A DNA stretch of 64,000 nt, from the NCBI GenBank assembly GCA_013239625.1, contig MU054212.1, positions 4,994,270 to 5,058,269 on the forward strand, given 5' to 3'. Position 1 is the first letter of the stretch; the number at the start of each line of letters is the position of its first letter. Made by a program: the position numbers and the translations under genes. Under the pieces are notes generated by a model that saw nothing but the letters and a program-made list of their open reading frames with translations, made no database searches and was not told the origin of the DNA. Positions 13,246 to 25,389 of the stretch are shown here, piece after piece. The stretch comes from Lama guanicoe. Its lineage: Eukaryota.

Positions 13246-13521
13246 TGAGAGCCCCTGAGGTCTACTCTTGGCAGATTTGTAAGATACAGTACAGTATCAC
13301 TAACTGTAAGCACAGGCTTACCTTACATCTCTAAAACTCATTCATCCTGACTAACTGAAACTTTATGCACTTTGACCAACTCTTCCCTATTTTCCCACCT
13401 CCTCGTTCCTAGTAACCACCATTCTATTCTCTGCTTCTATGAATTCATTTTCTTTTCCACATATAAGTGAGATCATGTAGTATTTTTCTTTCTGTGTCTG
13501 GCTTCTTACATTTAGCATAAT
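13075..13521 (-). mobile_element. L1MA-like 3' end (antisense) containing (TG)18 at 13209-13244
   Basis: 'aattgtatatattcaaggtgtac...taaccaccattctattctctgcttctatg...ccacatataagtgagatcatgtagtattt...tctggctt'. Confidence 0.9.
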
Positions 13522-14718
13522 TCAGGAAGCAAGAAAGAAAAAAAATGGTGAGTAATTCCTATTTTATTAGTCTAAAAGATCATTTGAAATCTTTTTGAAT
13601 TGTACAATTATTTGCAAAGCTGCATTATATGTGGAGAAAATAATATTGACACCTTACTTCTAACTTGTAAAGTGAATTACTCCTATGCTAAAGGTGTCAT
13701 ATTTTACCCAGTAAAATCAGCAGATTCCTAAAACTAGAATCTTTTGATTACAAGCTAGAATATTGACTATATCTTAAGAGATTTTCATTTAACTTGAAAT
13801 TTACTTTTGAAGCAAGATGGATCATTTGAATAAATTAAGCTCTTTCCTTCTATGGTTCACATAGTTAATGTTTCTGTTGATTTTCATTCTGTGATTCTGC
13901 AGTATTAAATTCTTTCTCAGAAGGTCGTTGTGGCATTTCTCATATATGCCCTAGTTATTTCCAAAATATTAGACTGCATTAAATTAAGAGGAAATTTTAT
14001 TTGAAGTAAAAGATTAGTAAGATAGCAAAAGCATTCTCAGACATGAATTTCTAAAGTCACACAAAAATAGTCTCTGACCTGCTGTCCAAGAGCCGTAAGA
14101 TAGTCAAAACATAATTTAGGAGAAGTTGAGAGGAAATCTCAGTAAATTCTTCCATTATTTCTCTTTCTCACACCTAATTCTGTTTCTTTCCTGAATTTTG
14201 TTTCACCAACAGATCTACAGATCAGTGAAATTTAATATCTATTTGTTGAGTTCTTGCCAAAGTTATCTGTATATGATAAATACTTAATATTTATTTATTT
14301 TGATTAACTTTTCTTCTTCAGGTTCAGACTTTTAAATCCAGTTGTGAGTGATACTAAAAAACTAAAATGTCCAGGCAGGAGAAAATGCAGATGCAATCAT
14401 AGCGATTTGGGTCCATCAGTGCTGTAAAATTAAAAATAAACTTTTGTGAGAAAAGTAATGTTGATAGTTCATCCCTAACTTGTCAAAATGTTTCTGCTAT
14501 CACAGTCATCATCTCGTATTTGCTTGCATTTTGTGCATTTTATTTTATTTTTTTCCAATGTAGCTCTTCTTTCTGAATATTATTTGTTTTTCTAATTCTT
14601 CAAATGAGTATTTTTTCACATGTGTTCTCTGTGGGTATATTTTCTTTGTATAGAAATTTTTTTATGATGGGGAAGACTTCTCTGGGGAAATACTTTCTTT
14701 AAAAGATTATCTCAGTAA

Positions 14719-14850
14719 GGGGGGAGGGTGTAGCTCAGTGGTAGAGTGCATACCTAGCATGCAGGAGGTCTTGGGTTCAATTCCCAGTACCTACATTAAG
14801 TAAGTAAATAAATAAACCTAATTACCTGCCCCCATTAAAAAAAACATTAA
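14719..14850 (+). mobile_element. Camelid tRNA(Ala)-derived SINE (Vic-1-like)
   Basis: ggggagggtgtagctcagtggtagagtgcatacctagcatgcaggaggtcttgggttcaattcccagtacc...aaataaacctaattacc; 18-bp TSD aaaagattatctcagtaa (14701-14718) / aaaagtttatgttagtaa (14851-14868) at a TT/AAAA site. Confidence 0.9.
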
Positions 14851-17800
14851 AAAAGTTTATGTTAGTAATTATTTTTACTTGTTGAGCTTTTCTAGTGGAT
14901 TTCTTAAATTCAATTTATAAATATTCTTTATAAAAAATAACACCACTATGGGAAAATTTAATGAGTAAAATAAAAGTAGGGTAGAATAACAGTTGTTGCC
15001 TGAATAGATATAGAAAACTCTAGCAAAACATAGAATTCGTTTTTTTTTTTTAATTTTACAGTCTTTCTATCTTGATTATCTTTCAATGCACCAGTATAGT
15101 TCCTATCACTTAGCTAACACCAAGGGACTGTGGCATGCAGACTATTTTAGCATAAAGCAGCACTGAATCTCCTTTTCCATGCTTAACTCTATTACTATTT
15201 CTGAAGCAGTAGTATATACAGATGAGTATGCAATATGCAAATTTCATGCCCAGCAATATGGGTAATGTATAATTCAATTTTCTCCATTTTTATCCATCAA
15301 AATGAAAACACTGCTTATACAGCCTCACTGTTGATCATCTTATTCTGATGTTTGTTTGTGTCTCTTTTGCTTGTAATCTATAAATCCTATAGATTACAAA
15401 TTATGTTTGCAATTCTAGTCCATGAACAAACTGTGAAATATGCAGCTGGTGATCATTTAGTAAATATTTGTAGAGACAAAATACACATGTATCTATGAGT
15501 TCACACAAAGCGTAAATTCTTACTAGATGTGCAGAAACCAGTTCCTTAATAACTGACTCAATGTCTTTCTTCTTAACTGTGGTTGGTCAATCTGTAGAAC
15601 CTGAATACCTTTTTTTCATAATGTCAGTATTACATATCTATTGCACAGTCATTTAATATCTTCCCAGTGATGTGTCAGAGTAGGAAGAGGAGGCCAAAAT
15701 AAATGATAATTGTCTGCCCTGGAAATTATGCCTTACTATTTTATTTGTGTGTATGTGTGTTTTTAGTATTACTTTGTTTCAAATAGAAACTACAATAGTT
15801 ATTGCATGCTTACTGTTTCTAAAATATATAGATAAATCTGTATACTGATCTATATATACGTATATATATCACTGACCTCTACTGCCTCAATATTATTTAT
15901 AAACATTCATTAAATACACAGATAATGGTGAAGTTTGAGGTAGGAGAGACCCAATTTTACAATTAATTTTGTACGGAAGCTATAATACGCTAATACAAAC
16001 AGTGAATTGTCGATTTAGTAACAGTTTTTTAAGTTAATGTACAATTCGCCTATTGGTTAGTGGAAGTTTTAATAATTTTCTAACCCTTTGAGCCTCTTCC
16101 ACATTCCCAAAACTATCTATTACCTCTCAGCAATGACATTTCATGGAGTGGAATTTTTAACTCAAACAAAGCCATCCTGATTATGAATAGGAGTAGATTT
16201 TCCTCCCCCCACCCCCAAACTCTTTGAAATCGAAAGAGAAGAAGTGAAATGTGCCTTGGAAAATTGAATGAATTGTCAATTGACCAGTAATTCTTGTGCT
16301 GCTTTCCAGAGGGCAAAATGAAGAATTCTATAAGGCAGATGAGGGGAAAAACACCATAAAATTGGCGTGGATTCTTTCACTGGATAGGAAAAAATGTGTC
16401 ACAGACAAAGAAAAGAGACTTTGGACTTGAAATATAATGAAAGTGATTTTTCTGAACAGACGAAGCAGATGGCATTTACAAAAGCATCTAAACTTTGTGA
16501 ATAGTGTAGAGTTTTCTTTGGTTCTCTCCTTTTCTTGAGAAAGCAGTGAGTCTGGAAGTTGATTACCAGGCCTTCACCCCTGTGGAACCAGCTCAGATTT
16601 AACCCTTGCTACTTCTAACTAACTGAGTTTAGTAAATAACCATTATTTCTAGTGAAAATAATATGGCATATATTTTAGGAATAGTACTATGTATTAACTT
16701 AAATAAATGTTTTTACAAACCTTATGCTAAATCTAAGACAGGATAAATAACAAATCAAGATAGAAATGGAAAAGTTTTGAAACTCTCTATAATTGACCAA
16801 TCCTTCCAGTAAGTAAATGATGTTTTCAAAATTCCATTAACAACATCCCACATAAAGCAGATGATTGATAAATGTTGTCTCCACCACGTTTGAAAAATAT
16901 CAGACTAATTTGAATACCAACTATAGGGAATGCAAATGGATAGCAGTACTCCTGAGGCATAAATGCAATATTACTAATATATGCAGCATTCAGAATATGA
17001 AATTCCTGGTTCATATAAAGACAAGCCACTAATGATGTATGTATAATTTTTCTGTTGTTGTAACTAAGACAATGGGCTAACAACAAACAGGAAGAAAGTC
17101 TCAGATTCATTGAATTTTAGAGTTATGTGTCCTTTTATATTGCTTAGACCTCTACATTTTACAGATAATAAATTTGAGGCTTTAACAAATCAAATATTTA
17201 CTTTACATCCTATGACTAATAAATACCATACTTTGGAATAGTAACCAATTTATAATTTCCTTGATTACGGCATTCAAGATTTTACTTCTTGCTCTATATT
17301 TTTGTCCAGTAGGCTTATATACTTCCATCACTGCATTTTCTATCAAAATGTTGATGATCCCAAGTTTTATGTCCTGCTCTCATTTCCAATTTGTCATATA
17401 TTTTAAAATATCTATCATTTCTTAACACACCATTTCCTACACCTCTACTTTATACCCCTAGTTTTGTCTAGCAACATCTTAAGAAGGTAAGACTCTAGAA
17501 ACCAGGTTAATTTGAGTCATTCAAATTAGTTCAGCTAAAATTCAGTTTCTTGATCCAGCTTGGTCTGCCTGATTTAGATTCTCCTCCATGTGCTTCTGTA
17601 TCTATCTGTCCTTTTCTTAAAGTAGCATTTGTTTCCCTGTTCATATTTTATCTCTTCTTATAATCATTCCCACCTACCGGGACTAATCTATAGAAAGGCA
17701 GGGATTATGTCTGTCCTCTATAATTCATTCAAAAATTAAAACATTACCAACAGTTGTTTGGTTCCTGATTTTAAAATAATTTAATACAACACCTTTCCTT

Positions 17801-18204
17801 GTACGATCATGAGTGAAGTTTGGACAGATAATCCCACCTTTAAAACTTAGGTCATTACACACTAAAACTTCCCCTAAGGAAATACGTTAGATCTCTAGAA
17901 CTTATTCACTGTGGATAATTGTAACTTGTGCCCTTTAACGATGTATTTGTATATAGCATTACCCATTTACTTTGGGTAATGATACATGAATAATTTTAAA
18001 TAGCTTTATTTTACATTTATTTATAATACCATTTTATCCATTTTATTTATCATGGATCTTTCTAAAAAATTTCAGTAGGTACCAATTACCATTAATCCAA
18101 GTTTAAGTATGATTAGAACAAAGCATAAAACGTCGCATTAATTTTTACACTGACTTTGAAGTTAGTAGCATACTGGGAAAACAATTCAGATTTTTCTAGT
18201 TTCT

Positions 18205-18600
18205 TCTTGTTTTAGTTTGTGATTACCCAGAAGCAGAAGCTGACACGGAGATAAGTAATGCAAGTAGTTTATTTTTGCAACTTTTCTCTTAAGGATATAA
18301 TCATAGTAAGCAGTGGCAAAAAAGTAAAGAAATGAGATTAAAAAGGAAAAAAGTAAAATATAACTCAGAGGTCTCCCACCAGAAGGGCAGTAGGGCTAAA
18401 GTACTTATATTCCATCTTCCATGAATTTTTCCTTCAGGTCTGAAGGGAGTGGGGTCAATGGTTAATGCCACCTGAGAGGAAGAGAAAGAACACCTTTAGC
18501 CAAAGAAGTGGAGGTACTGAAAGCTGGAAGTCAGATCAACACACACAGAAATATAAAAGCAGAGGGGACATGGGCGTTTGCTACATTCATCATACAGTAC
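18205..18600 (-). mobile_element. Old ERVL-type LTR fragment (LTR16/LTR33-like)
   Basis: 'cccagaagcagaagctgacacggaga...tgcaagtagtttattt' resembles the LTR33/LTR16 terminus. Confidence 0.55.
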
Positions 18601-18687
18601 TTCCAGGCAATACAAAGTGAAGCACCATAATCCATTTCTAGGCTGCAAAACCGAGAAACATTAACTGCAGTATAAAATATTTTACCA

Positions 18688-19200
18688 GACTTCCACTTCA
18701 GGTCGTGATGGAGATCTGTGACTAGATATACCCCCCTTCCATAAAAAGCTGAGAACCAGGATGAAATATATAAAACGATTGTTTTTAGACATTGCACACC
18801 AAACTCTGAAGTACTATGATCCTGAAAAAGGGGGACTGACTACCAGAGAGTTGGAAGCTATTTAGAAAAATCACAAATGGGCCCATTCGAATCATTTTAT
18901 GAGACAAGAATTACCCTGTACCAATATGAGACAAATGTATTATAAGAAGATAAAGCTATAGATCAATAATCCTATGAACATAGATGCAAAAAAACCTCCA
19001 TAAAACTTCAGGAAATCAAGTGCATGAAACACTCTGACCAAAAAGTGTTATCACAAGAATGTAAGGATAGAATAATATTAAAAACCAAAAATGTGATTAT
19101 TAACAGGAATAATCCTCTTAATATTCCTGTTCAAAGAATAAAGAAGAATAAGCATATGATTATCTCAGTATACACAAAAAAATACTTAAAGTCAAATATT
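18688..19200 (+). mobile_element. Old L1 (5' region and ORF2 fragments)
   Basis: 'cattttatgagacaagaattaccctgtacc...tatgaacatagatgcaaaaaa...gcatatgattatctcagta' L1 ORF2 motifs. Confidence 0.75.
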
Positions 19201-19366
19201 CTACCCACAGCAGTTTTCCCTGGGATTCAGTTAATATTTGTCACCATGTTTTCTCAACCACCCGGGAGTGAAATATAGCTACTGTCATGTGGAGTCCTGA
19301 GAAAATGTTTGATGATAAAAAGAGGTTCTCATGTTTTCTGAAAATAGCTAGAAACTATTAACCTTG

Positions 19367-19671
19367 TGTCTGAGTCCAGATCAGGCTGGTATAATTGAAT
19401 ACCTGTAGACTAAGTGGCTTATAAACAACAGAGCTTGATTTCTCACCGCTCTGGAGGCTGGAAGTCCAAGATGAAGGTGCCAGCGTGGTCAGTTTGTTGG
19501 GGAGGGACAAGAGAGCTCTGTGGTGGTCTGTTTTATAAGGGCACTAATCCCATTCATGATGGAATTCTCAGGGACTAATCACCTCCCGACGGCCACACCA
19601 CCTAATATCACCGTGCTGGGGATTAAGATTTCAGCATGTGAACTTTGGGGAGACACACTTGGCCCCTGACA
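19367..19671 (-). mobile_element. MaLR LTR (MLT1A-like)
   Basis: 'tgtctgagtcc...ggcttataaacaacag...tctggaggctggaagtccaagat...ataagggcactaatcccattcatg...ctttggggagacac...aca'. Confidence 0.85.
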
Positions 19672-20569
19672 TCTAGCCATGAGATACCACAACATAACAG
19701 TTTAAGAAAGTCTGCTGAGGAGAAAGGTTGAAACCAACGACTGATGGTCCGTTAATTGTTATCTCTGAAGTTCTCTTCAGGTAACGTGTGAACACCACTG
19801 GGACTGAGCTCAGCCGTGGTGAGGATAGAAGAGTCTTGTTTCCCCTCCAAGGTCTTCTCTGCTCAGTGACCTGCCTTGTCTCCATGTTTGCCCTGCCCAC
19901 ATGCCTCATTCCTCAGGCACCCAGCACTGCCCCACAGGTGGGGGACAGTGATCTCTCTTGTGGCCATGAGACAGGTCTGGGGTTCTGCTTTTTATTGGAG
20001 TCAATGTTGGGGACCTATGGTTTCTGGGATCACTCTTTATTGATAAATTTAAAACATAAGAGCAGGAATTTAAACAGCAGTAAGAGAAAAAGCAAGCAAT
20101 CCTAATGGTCAGTTATCAAAATCAAGATCTCTAAATGAAAGAACCTAGGGTGGGGTGGGGTGGGGCAGCCTGGCGTTTTATCTAGTCTGGTAGCTAGCAA
20201 CATGTTATTCAATACAGCTTTCTTTTAAGGAGCTCCCTCTTGAAAGTGAGTACCTAGGCAAGAAAAGTTTGTCACACCCTTGCGTCTTCAAAAGAAAAGC
20301 CAACTGTCAGGGCTTAAACGGCATGTGTAGTTGCCACCACTAGGTATGGGCTTGTAATTGTCCACTCCAAATCAATTCCACTCATTTTGGCAACAAAGAT
20401 TCCGGATTTATCAGGCCACACATATCCTGGTTAAACCATTGTGCCACCTGAGCAGGGGATTAAGAAGTGTCTCCTGGCACGAAGCCTCAGACTCAGCTGT
20501 TCCTACCTATGGGTTCAGTAGTTCTTTATAAACACCTCTCAAGTGTTGGCTAGGACCTGAAGATCTGAA

Positions 20570-20785
20570 AATCTGTTGGCGGTAATGTAAAATTGGACAA
20601 TAATATTGGAATTGACTAGGAAAGAGAACAAAGGAATCGTTTAAAATGCTGAAAATGTTTTATATGTTGATGGTGGTGGCTACATGAGTATACGTACATG
20701 TTAAACCTTATTAAAAAGTGTTTTTTAAGTGAGAACAATTTATTATGCAAACTAAACCTTTGTACAATTGATTTAAAATTAAAAT
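20570..20785 (+). mobile_element. L1ME-like 3' fragment
   Basis: 'ctgttggcggtaatgtaaaattgg...gaaaatgttttatatgttgatggtggtggctacatgagtat'. Confidence 0.7.
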
Positions 20786-21122
20786 CTTTCTTGAAGACTT
20801 TTTGTAAGATGCTACTTATCAGGCCGATGATGTTCCCTTCTACTCTTACTTTGCTAAGAGTTTTAAATCATGAATGAATCTTAAATTTTACAAAATTCTT
20901 TTATTCTGGATTTCTTGCAATTCTTTAATGTACTAATGTGACCAATTACATATATTTTCTAAATTTCCAGTTGTAAATAATTGCAAATTTTTAGTAAATA
21001 TTAAGAATACTGCAAAGAACTCATATAGCCATTATCCACATGATTTATGGCTAATATTTTCCAAATCACTTCATTATGAACCATTTAAAAGTTATGTATA
21101 TCATTGCTCATTTTCTCTAAAT
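20786..21122 (-). mobile_element. Antisense L1 fragments (ORF2 and L1MC-like 3' end; resumes at ~21678 after the LTR)
   Basis: 'gttcccttctactcttactttgctaagagttttaaatcatgaat'; 'ctaaatac|LTR|tcaatgtatattcctaaaaaataaggatat'. Confidence 0.65.
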
Positions 21123-21126
21123 ACAT

Positions 21127-21673
21127 TGTCGACTGAAATAAATGCGCAGCTTAAAAGTTGAGTTGTGTTTTATTTGGCAGGAGGACTCGAGCTGGGATGA
21201 CAGCCTCTCAGATCGCTGTGAGGAACTGCTCCAAAGAGGCAGGGGAGGAGCTAGGATATATAGCTTTACAACAAAGACCAGGTAGTTGGAACAATAAAAG
21301 ATTACTAGTTATCTAAAGAAAACCAGGCATCTCAAGTTAAAGAATTTAGTGCTTTTCTATGTATGGGAGAAAGGAAACATTTGGGCTCATTGAATTCATT
21401 CCTTTGACAAGCATCTAGCTATTTAGGACCAGTATCCTGTCCTTTCTTAAAGAGGCAGGGGAGGAGCTAGGATATATAGCTTTACAACAAAGACCAGGTA
21501 GTTGGAACAATAAAAGATTACTAGTTATCTAAAGATAGAGGGCACCATTGTGAGTGGCTGCAGAGGCTGGGCTGTGGGCTTGTCCTTACTTGGGGGTGGC
21601 AGCTGCCGCTGATGACTTGATGGTTTCAGCATTCTCTGTTTACTGATACGCTTTGCAGTATTTTTCATTCACA
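21127..21673 (-). mobile_element. ERV1-type solo LTR with internal 87-bp duplication
   Basis: TG...CA termini (tgtcgactg...ttcattcaca) with perfect 4-bp TSD ACAT (21123-21126 / 21674-21677). Confidence 0.9.
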
Positions 21674-21953
21674 ACATCAATGTATATTCCTAAAAAATAA
21701 GGATATCTTCTCACATAATCCAGTACAGTTATCAATTTCTGTGTGTTCATTTCATCTAACTGTCCAGATATATTTGCATAAAATTATTCTACATAATTAC
21801 TCATTATTAACTTTTATTTCTATTATTTTGACTTTCCTCTTAGTTCATTAACTTCTGCATTCATTTGACTATCTTCTTTCTTATACTTTTTTGATTTTTC
21901 CTCTTTTTTTAATCATTAGAAAGTAAGTATAATTAAAAATAAAACAATGATAA

Positions 21954-22279
21954 TGTTGACCTAAAACAAATAGATGACAGATATCTTTCCAGCAAACATG
22001 GGTTTATTCAGGACCAACAGAGAACTGTAGTTCAGGATCTGCAAGCATGGAGAGCCACATGGTAAGGGAAGAAGAACATTTTATAGAGGGATGAATAAAG
22101 ATGGGAGAGCAAGAGTAAACAAAGAGACGGTGGTTTTTCCTAGGTTGAGTCCTTGCCACAAAAGAAGAGGGGTCTTTCTTCTTCCTGTTGGGCTCTGCTG
22201 TCATCACAGGACATATGAGCTCCCCCTCTGGCCTCTCAACTCTATTTCACTGAAGTTTCTATTAATATTTTCATTTATA
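21954..22279 (-). mobile_element. 3' LTR of an ERV1 (MER4-group-like) element
   Basis: Starts 'tgttgacc' with reversed polyA signal 'tttatt'; adjoins a minus-strand polypurine tract (aaagggtggaac, 22280-22291). Confidence 0.75.
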
Positions 22280-22509
22280 GTTCCACCCTTTGATCAACAT
22301 CTTTCTCTGAAAGCACTGTTGATCAAGAGTCAGAAGTTCTAGTTTCAGCAGCTTTGTTCCTCACTTCCAGGAAGAACTTTTCCTTACTTGGTGTAGGGTT
22401 TCATGTCAGAGGGGATGTGCACAGATTAGAAACCTACTGAGGTCGCATTCGAGTAACAAGGAAGGGTAGGAGGGAGAACTCTTAGGCACTTTTCATCTAA
22501 AGTTCCTGT

Positions 22510-22935
22510 TGTTACCAGATGCAATGGGTTTGTCACTTGTGGTGCATAGCCAATGAATACAAAAATGCTTTTGATTAAAGCAGAAGAATTTATTACTTGT
22601 AGCAAGAGGGGGACATAACTTTCAAAACACTGTCTCCTTGAACAGCTGGGTGGGGAGTTTAAGCCTGGGGGCCATGCGTATTCACAAAAGAATATACATG
22701 ATCATTATGAAGAGGCAAAAGTTATGCAAAGTTTTAATCTAGGTTGCCAAAAACTGAAAGAAGTAGGTTCTTGGTTGGTTGTTTGCACTGTGGTGTCTTA
22801 TTAATTGGAATACCCTGTAACCTTTTTGGAATATTTAGTAACTGGAACTTCCTGAGGCTTAATGGTTAGTTTTTGCAAAACAAATCACACTTTGGTTTAA
22901 CCCCTTCCTTACCTTACTGCTGCTTAACTAGCAAT
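22510..22935 (-). mobile_element. Probable second ERV1-type LTR nested in the ERV internal region
   Basis: Begins 'tgttaccag', reversed polyA signal 'tttatt'; sequence unrelated to neighbouring LTRs; right boundary and TSD not resolved. Confidence 0.55.
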
Positions 22936-22999
22936 ATGTTATCAAGATCATAGACATTAAAGATCATCTGAAGTTTTCTACCAGGCCTGGTCCAGCTAT

Positions 23000-23945
23000 C
23001 TTGGGAAAACTGCCTCACCAAACATTGCCTGCTTTATTCCAGGAAATCTGTACATTCAGGTCACCAGATAATGTGCAGGTGCAATCAGGGCTTGGTGCTT
23101 TCCTCAGGTGTGTCACGTGAATGCAAAAGTCCGTTCCTTGACTTTCGCAGCACAAGGATTGGTAGCAGTGCCTAATATGGGCCTCTCCAACAAGGTTGAA
23201 GACAGTTTCTTTTGGAGGTGTCTCTTCCAATAGATGAAATCTCCATGTTACGAGGCGTGATGCTTATGGTCTTTGTCTCCTGACTGTGAAAAGATTGTTC
23301 TGCCAAAGCAGTGGTTATTTTTAGTAGAAACATTAGGCCATTGCAATATTGGAGTATCTCTCCTTTTATCAGTCAGTGATCAAAGAAGCAGAAGCCAAGT
23401 GCTTTGGGCACTGTGCCACTGTTTCAAAGGGTGAGAGTTCATGAGTTCCAAAAGGTATACATCTGAGATTTAGAAGGACCAACAGCAATACTTTGGGCCA
23501 GGGTATTAGGAGGGCCTCTACAAATTTTGCCAAATGAGTCTTAATAATGCTGTTAGTGTGTTCAACTAAACCAGAGGTTTGAGGGTGGTGAGCACAGTGA
23601 AATTGTAAAGCCGGCCAGATAGTACAGACTTCTTGAAACACCTGACCGGTACAATGGGTTCCTCAATCTCTGTGAAGTTTAAGAGCAGTTCTCCAGGTAG
23701 AGATAATCTTTAGCCACAGAAGAAACAGTCTATCTATAGAAGAAGGCTTCAGTCCAGTATGAAAACATACAGCCCATGACTAAAGTATATTTATTTCCAC
23801 GAGATGAAGAAAGTTGTATGAAATCCATTCTCCATTTCCCAGCCCTCAAATGGTCCATTAGGCAGTTTAAAATATCCAGGAGCCATAAAACTATGCTTCC
23901 CTGGGTTGTAACTTGGATGAGAGGAACAAGTGAGGTAGGCACTTT
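23000..23945 (-). pseudogene. pol: Decayed class I (gamma-like) ERV pol integrase
   Basis: Minus-strand motifs across frameshifts: C..YNPGK (zinc finger end), MDFIQL..KYTLVMGCMFSYWTEAF, HRD*GTHCTGQ, HCAHHPQTSGLVEHTN (D-D-E), LSPFE, and C-terminal IHVTHLRKAP. Confidence 0.9.
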
Positions 23946-25018
23946 TTGCAGCCTTTTTAATGTTTTCCCATCAGTATTGATTCATGAATGTTATCATTTT
24001 GTCAGTAAACCAATGGTTTAGGGCATTCCTTTCAGTTTAAAAAATTTTTGAGCTATTGCAGTTCAGTTTGATTTTTAGAAAATTAAGTTTGGGGATTTCA
24101 AAAGTTTTCCATATTAATTTTCAGAGTATTAATCTCTGTGATATAAAATTTATTATCAACAATATAGTTTTTTTAAAAGCTGAATCTCTTTTGAAATGGA
24201 GGTGTTCAGATTAGATCTTTCTTTAGATTCGTGTAGTCATTCCTCCAAAACCTATTATGTGCTTTCTCAGCATTAGGGAATAAAGAGTGACATTTAGGGC
24301 TAATATATGCCATGCACAACCAGATGACAAAGTTCTCATTCATATATTGCATTTCAGGGTTTTCGTATAAACATCAATCTTAAGCTGACATTCATGCCCA
24401 CAACGATTTGCCAAGGTGCTCTTTTAAAAGCAGTATAAACCTCAAGGTCATTTTCTTCTAATTAAACTCTGTCCCTCAGAAATTTTATTGAAACGTTTTT
24501 TTTTTTTCCTCAAACTGTGACTTGCTGAATAGAAAGAGCACTCCTTTCAGGTCAAGCTTTGTGCACTGTGACATATTTACCGATTCTTTGTTCTGCAGCT
24601 GGCCTTTCATTACCTAATGCAATGCGATAGGACTTAGATAATAAGTCCAATATATCTAAATGTCCTTAAGTCCAGATTTGGTGGTGAAAAATACAACAGA
24701 AGTATTCACTCCCCTTATGTACTATCGATTTTATTTCCTGGGGTTTTCCATCCCTTGCTGCATAGTCATGCTTTTTCTCATTATGTTAGTCCTGGCAATG
24801 TCCATACCAAGAATTTGTGACTTTGAAGTATTTTACAAGAATTTTTTTCTGAAAGTCAGTTGCCAAGGAAGAACTGTAAATATATGCAGTTGCCCAGCTA
24901 TGGTTTTTCTTTAAATGTGATAATTTCCAAACAAGAACAGTGTGTGTCACCAAGAACCTCATCACCTAGGACACACATTAAAGCATTTATTAAATCGACT
25001 CTTTTTAGCCTAAATATA

Positions 25019-25389
25019 TGTAACCTGGGGTATTCTTTCTAACAACAAAAATTTATTCAACATTACTAAATTTTCTTGTAAATTATAATTTGTGATGATA
25101 TCATTACTTTATAGGGAGAAGTAAGCAGACTTTAGGAGAAAATTTTGAAGAAAACTTGGGGAAGCAAGAGGGAGGGAGTAAACAGCATGATCAGCGCAGT
25201 GTGAGAGGAAATGTGTATCACTTGGTCAGCTTACACTCATGATAAGCTATATGGGGGTCATGTTCTGTAATTAGTGTTTTCTCAGGCTTGGTGACAAGCT
25301 AAAGGTCAAGGAACTGTGGGGAGGAGAGAATTTTGAATGAGATTTGGTCAAGACAAAAGCAAAGGGTAAGAAATAGGCAATTGTCGACA
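25019..25389 (-). mobile_element. Old ERV1-type LTR (MER31/MER110-like)
   Basis: Minus strand 'tgtcgacaa...cttgaccaaatctc...ctctcctccccacagttccttgacc...ctataaag...aataaa'; does not match the 21954 LTR. Confidence 0.55.

Noticed and set aside
24290..24360. RNase H-like motif on the minus strand
   Set aside because: Only a vague resemblance to NIYTDS..GVVH; too degraded to support.
21954..25389. A complete provirus bounded by paired LTRs
   Set aside because: The two terminal LTR-like segments are not similar, there is no shared TSD, and no gag or RT is recognisable.
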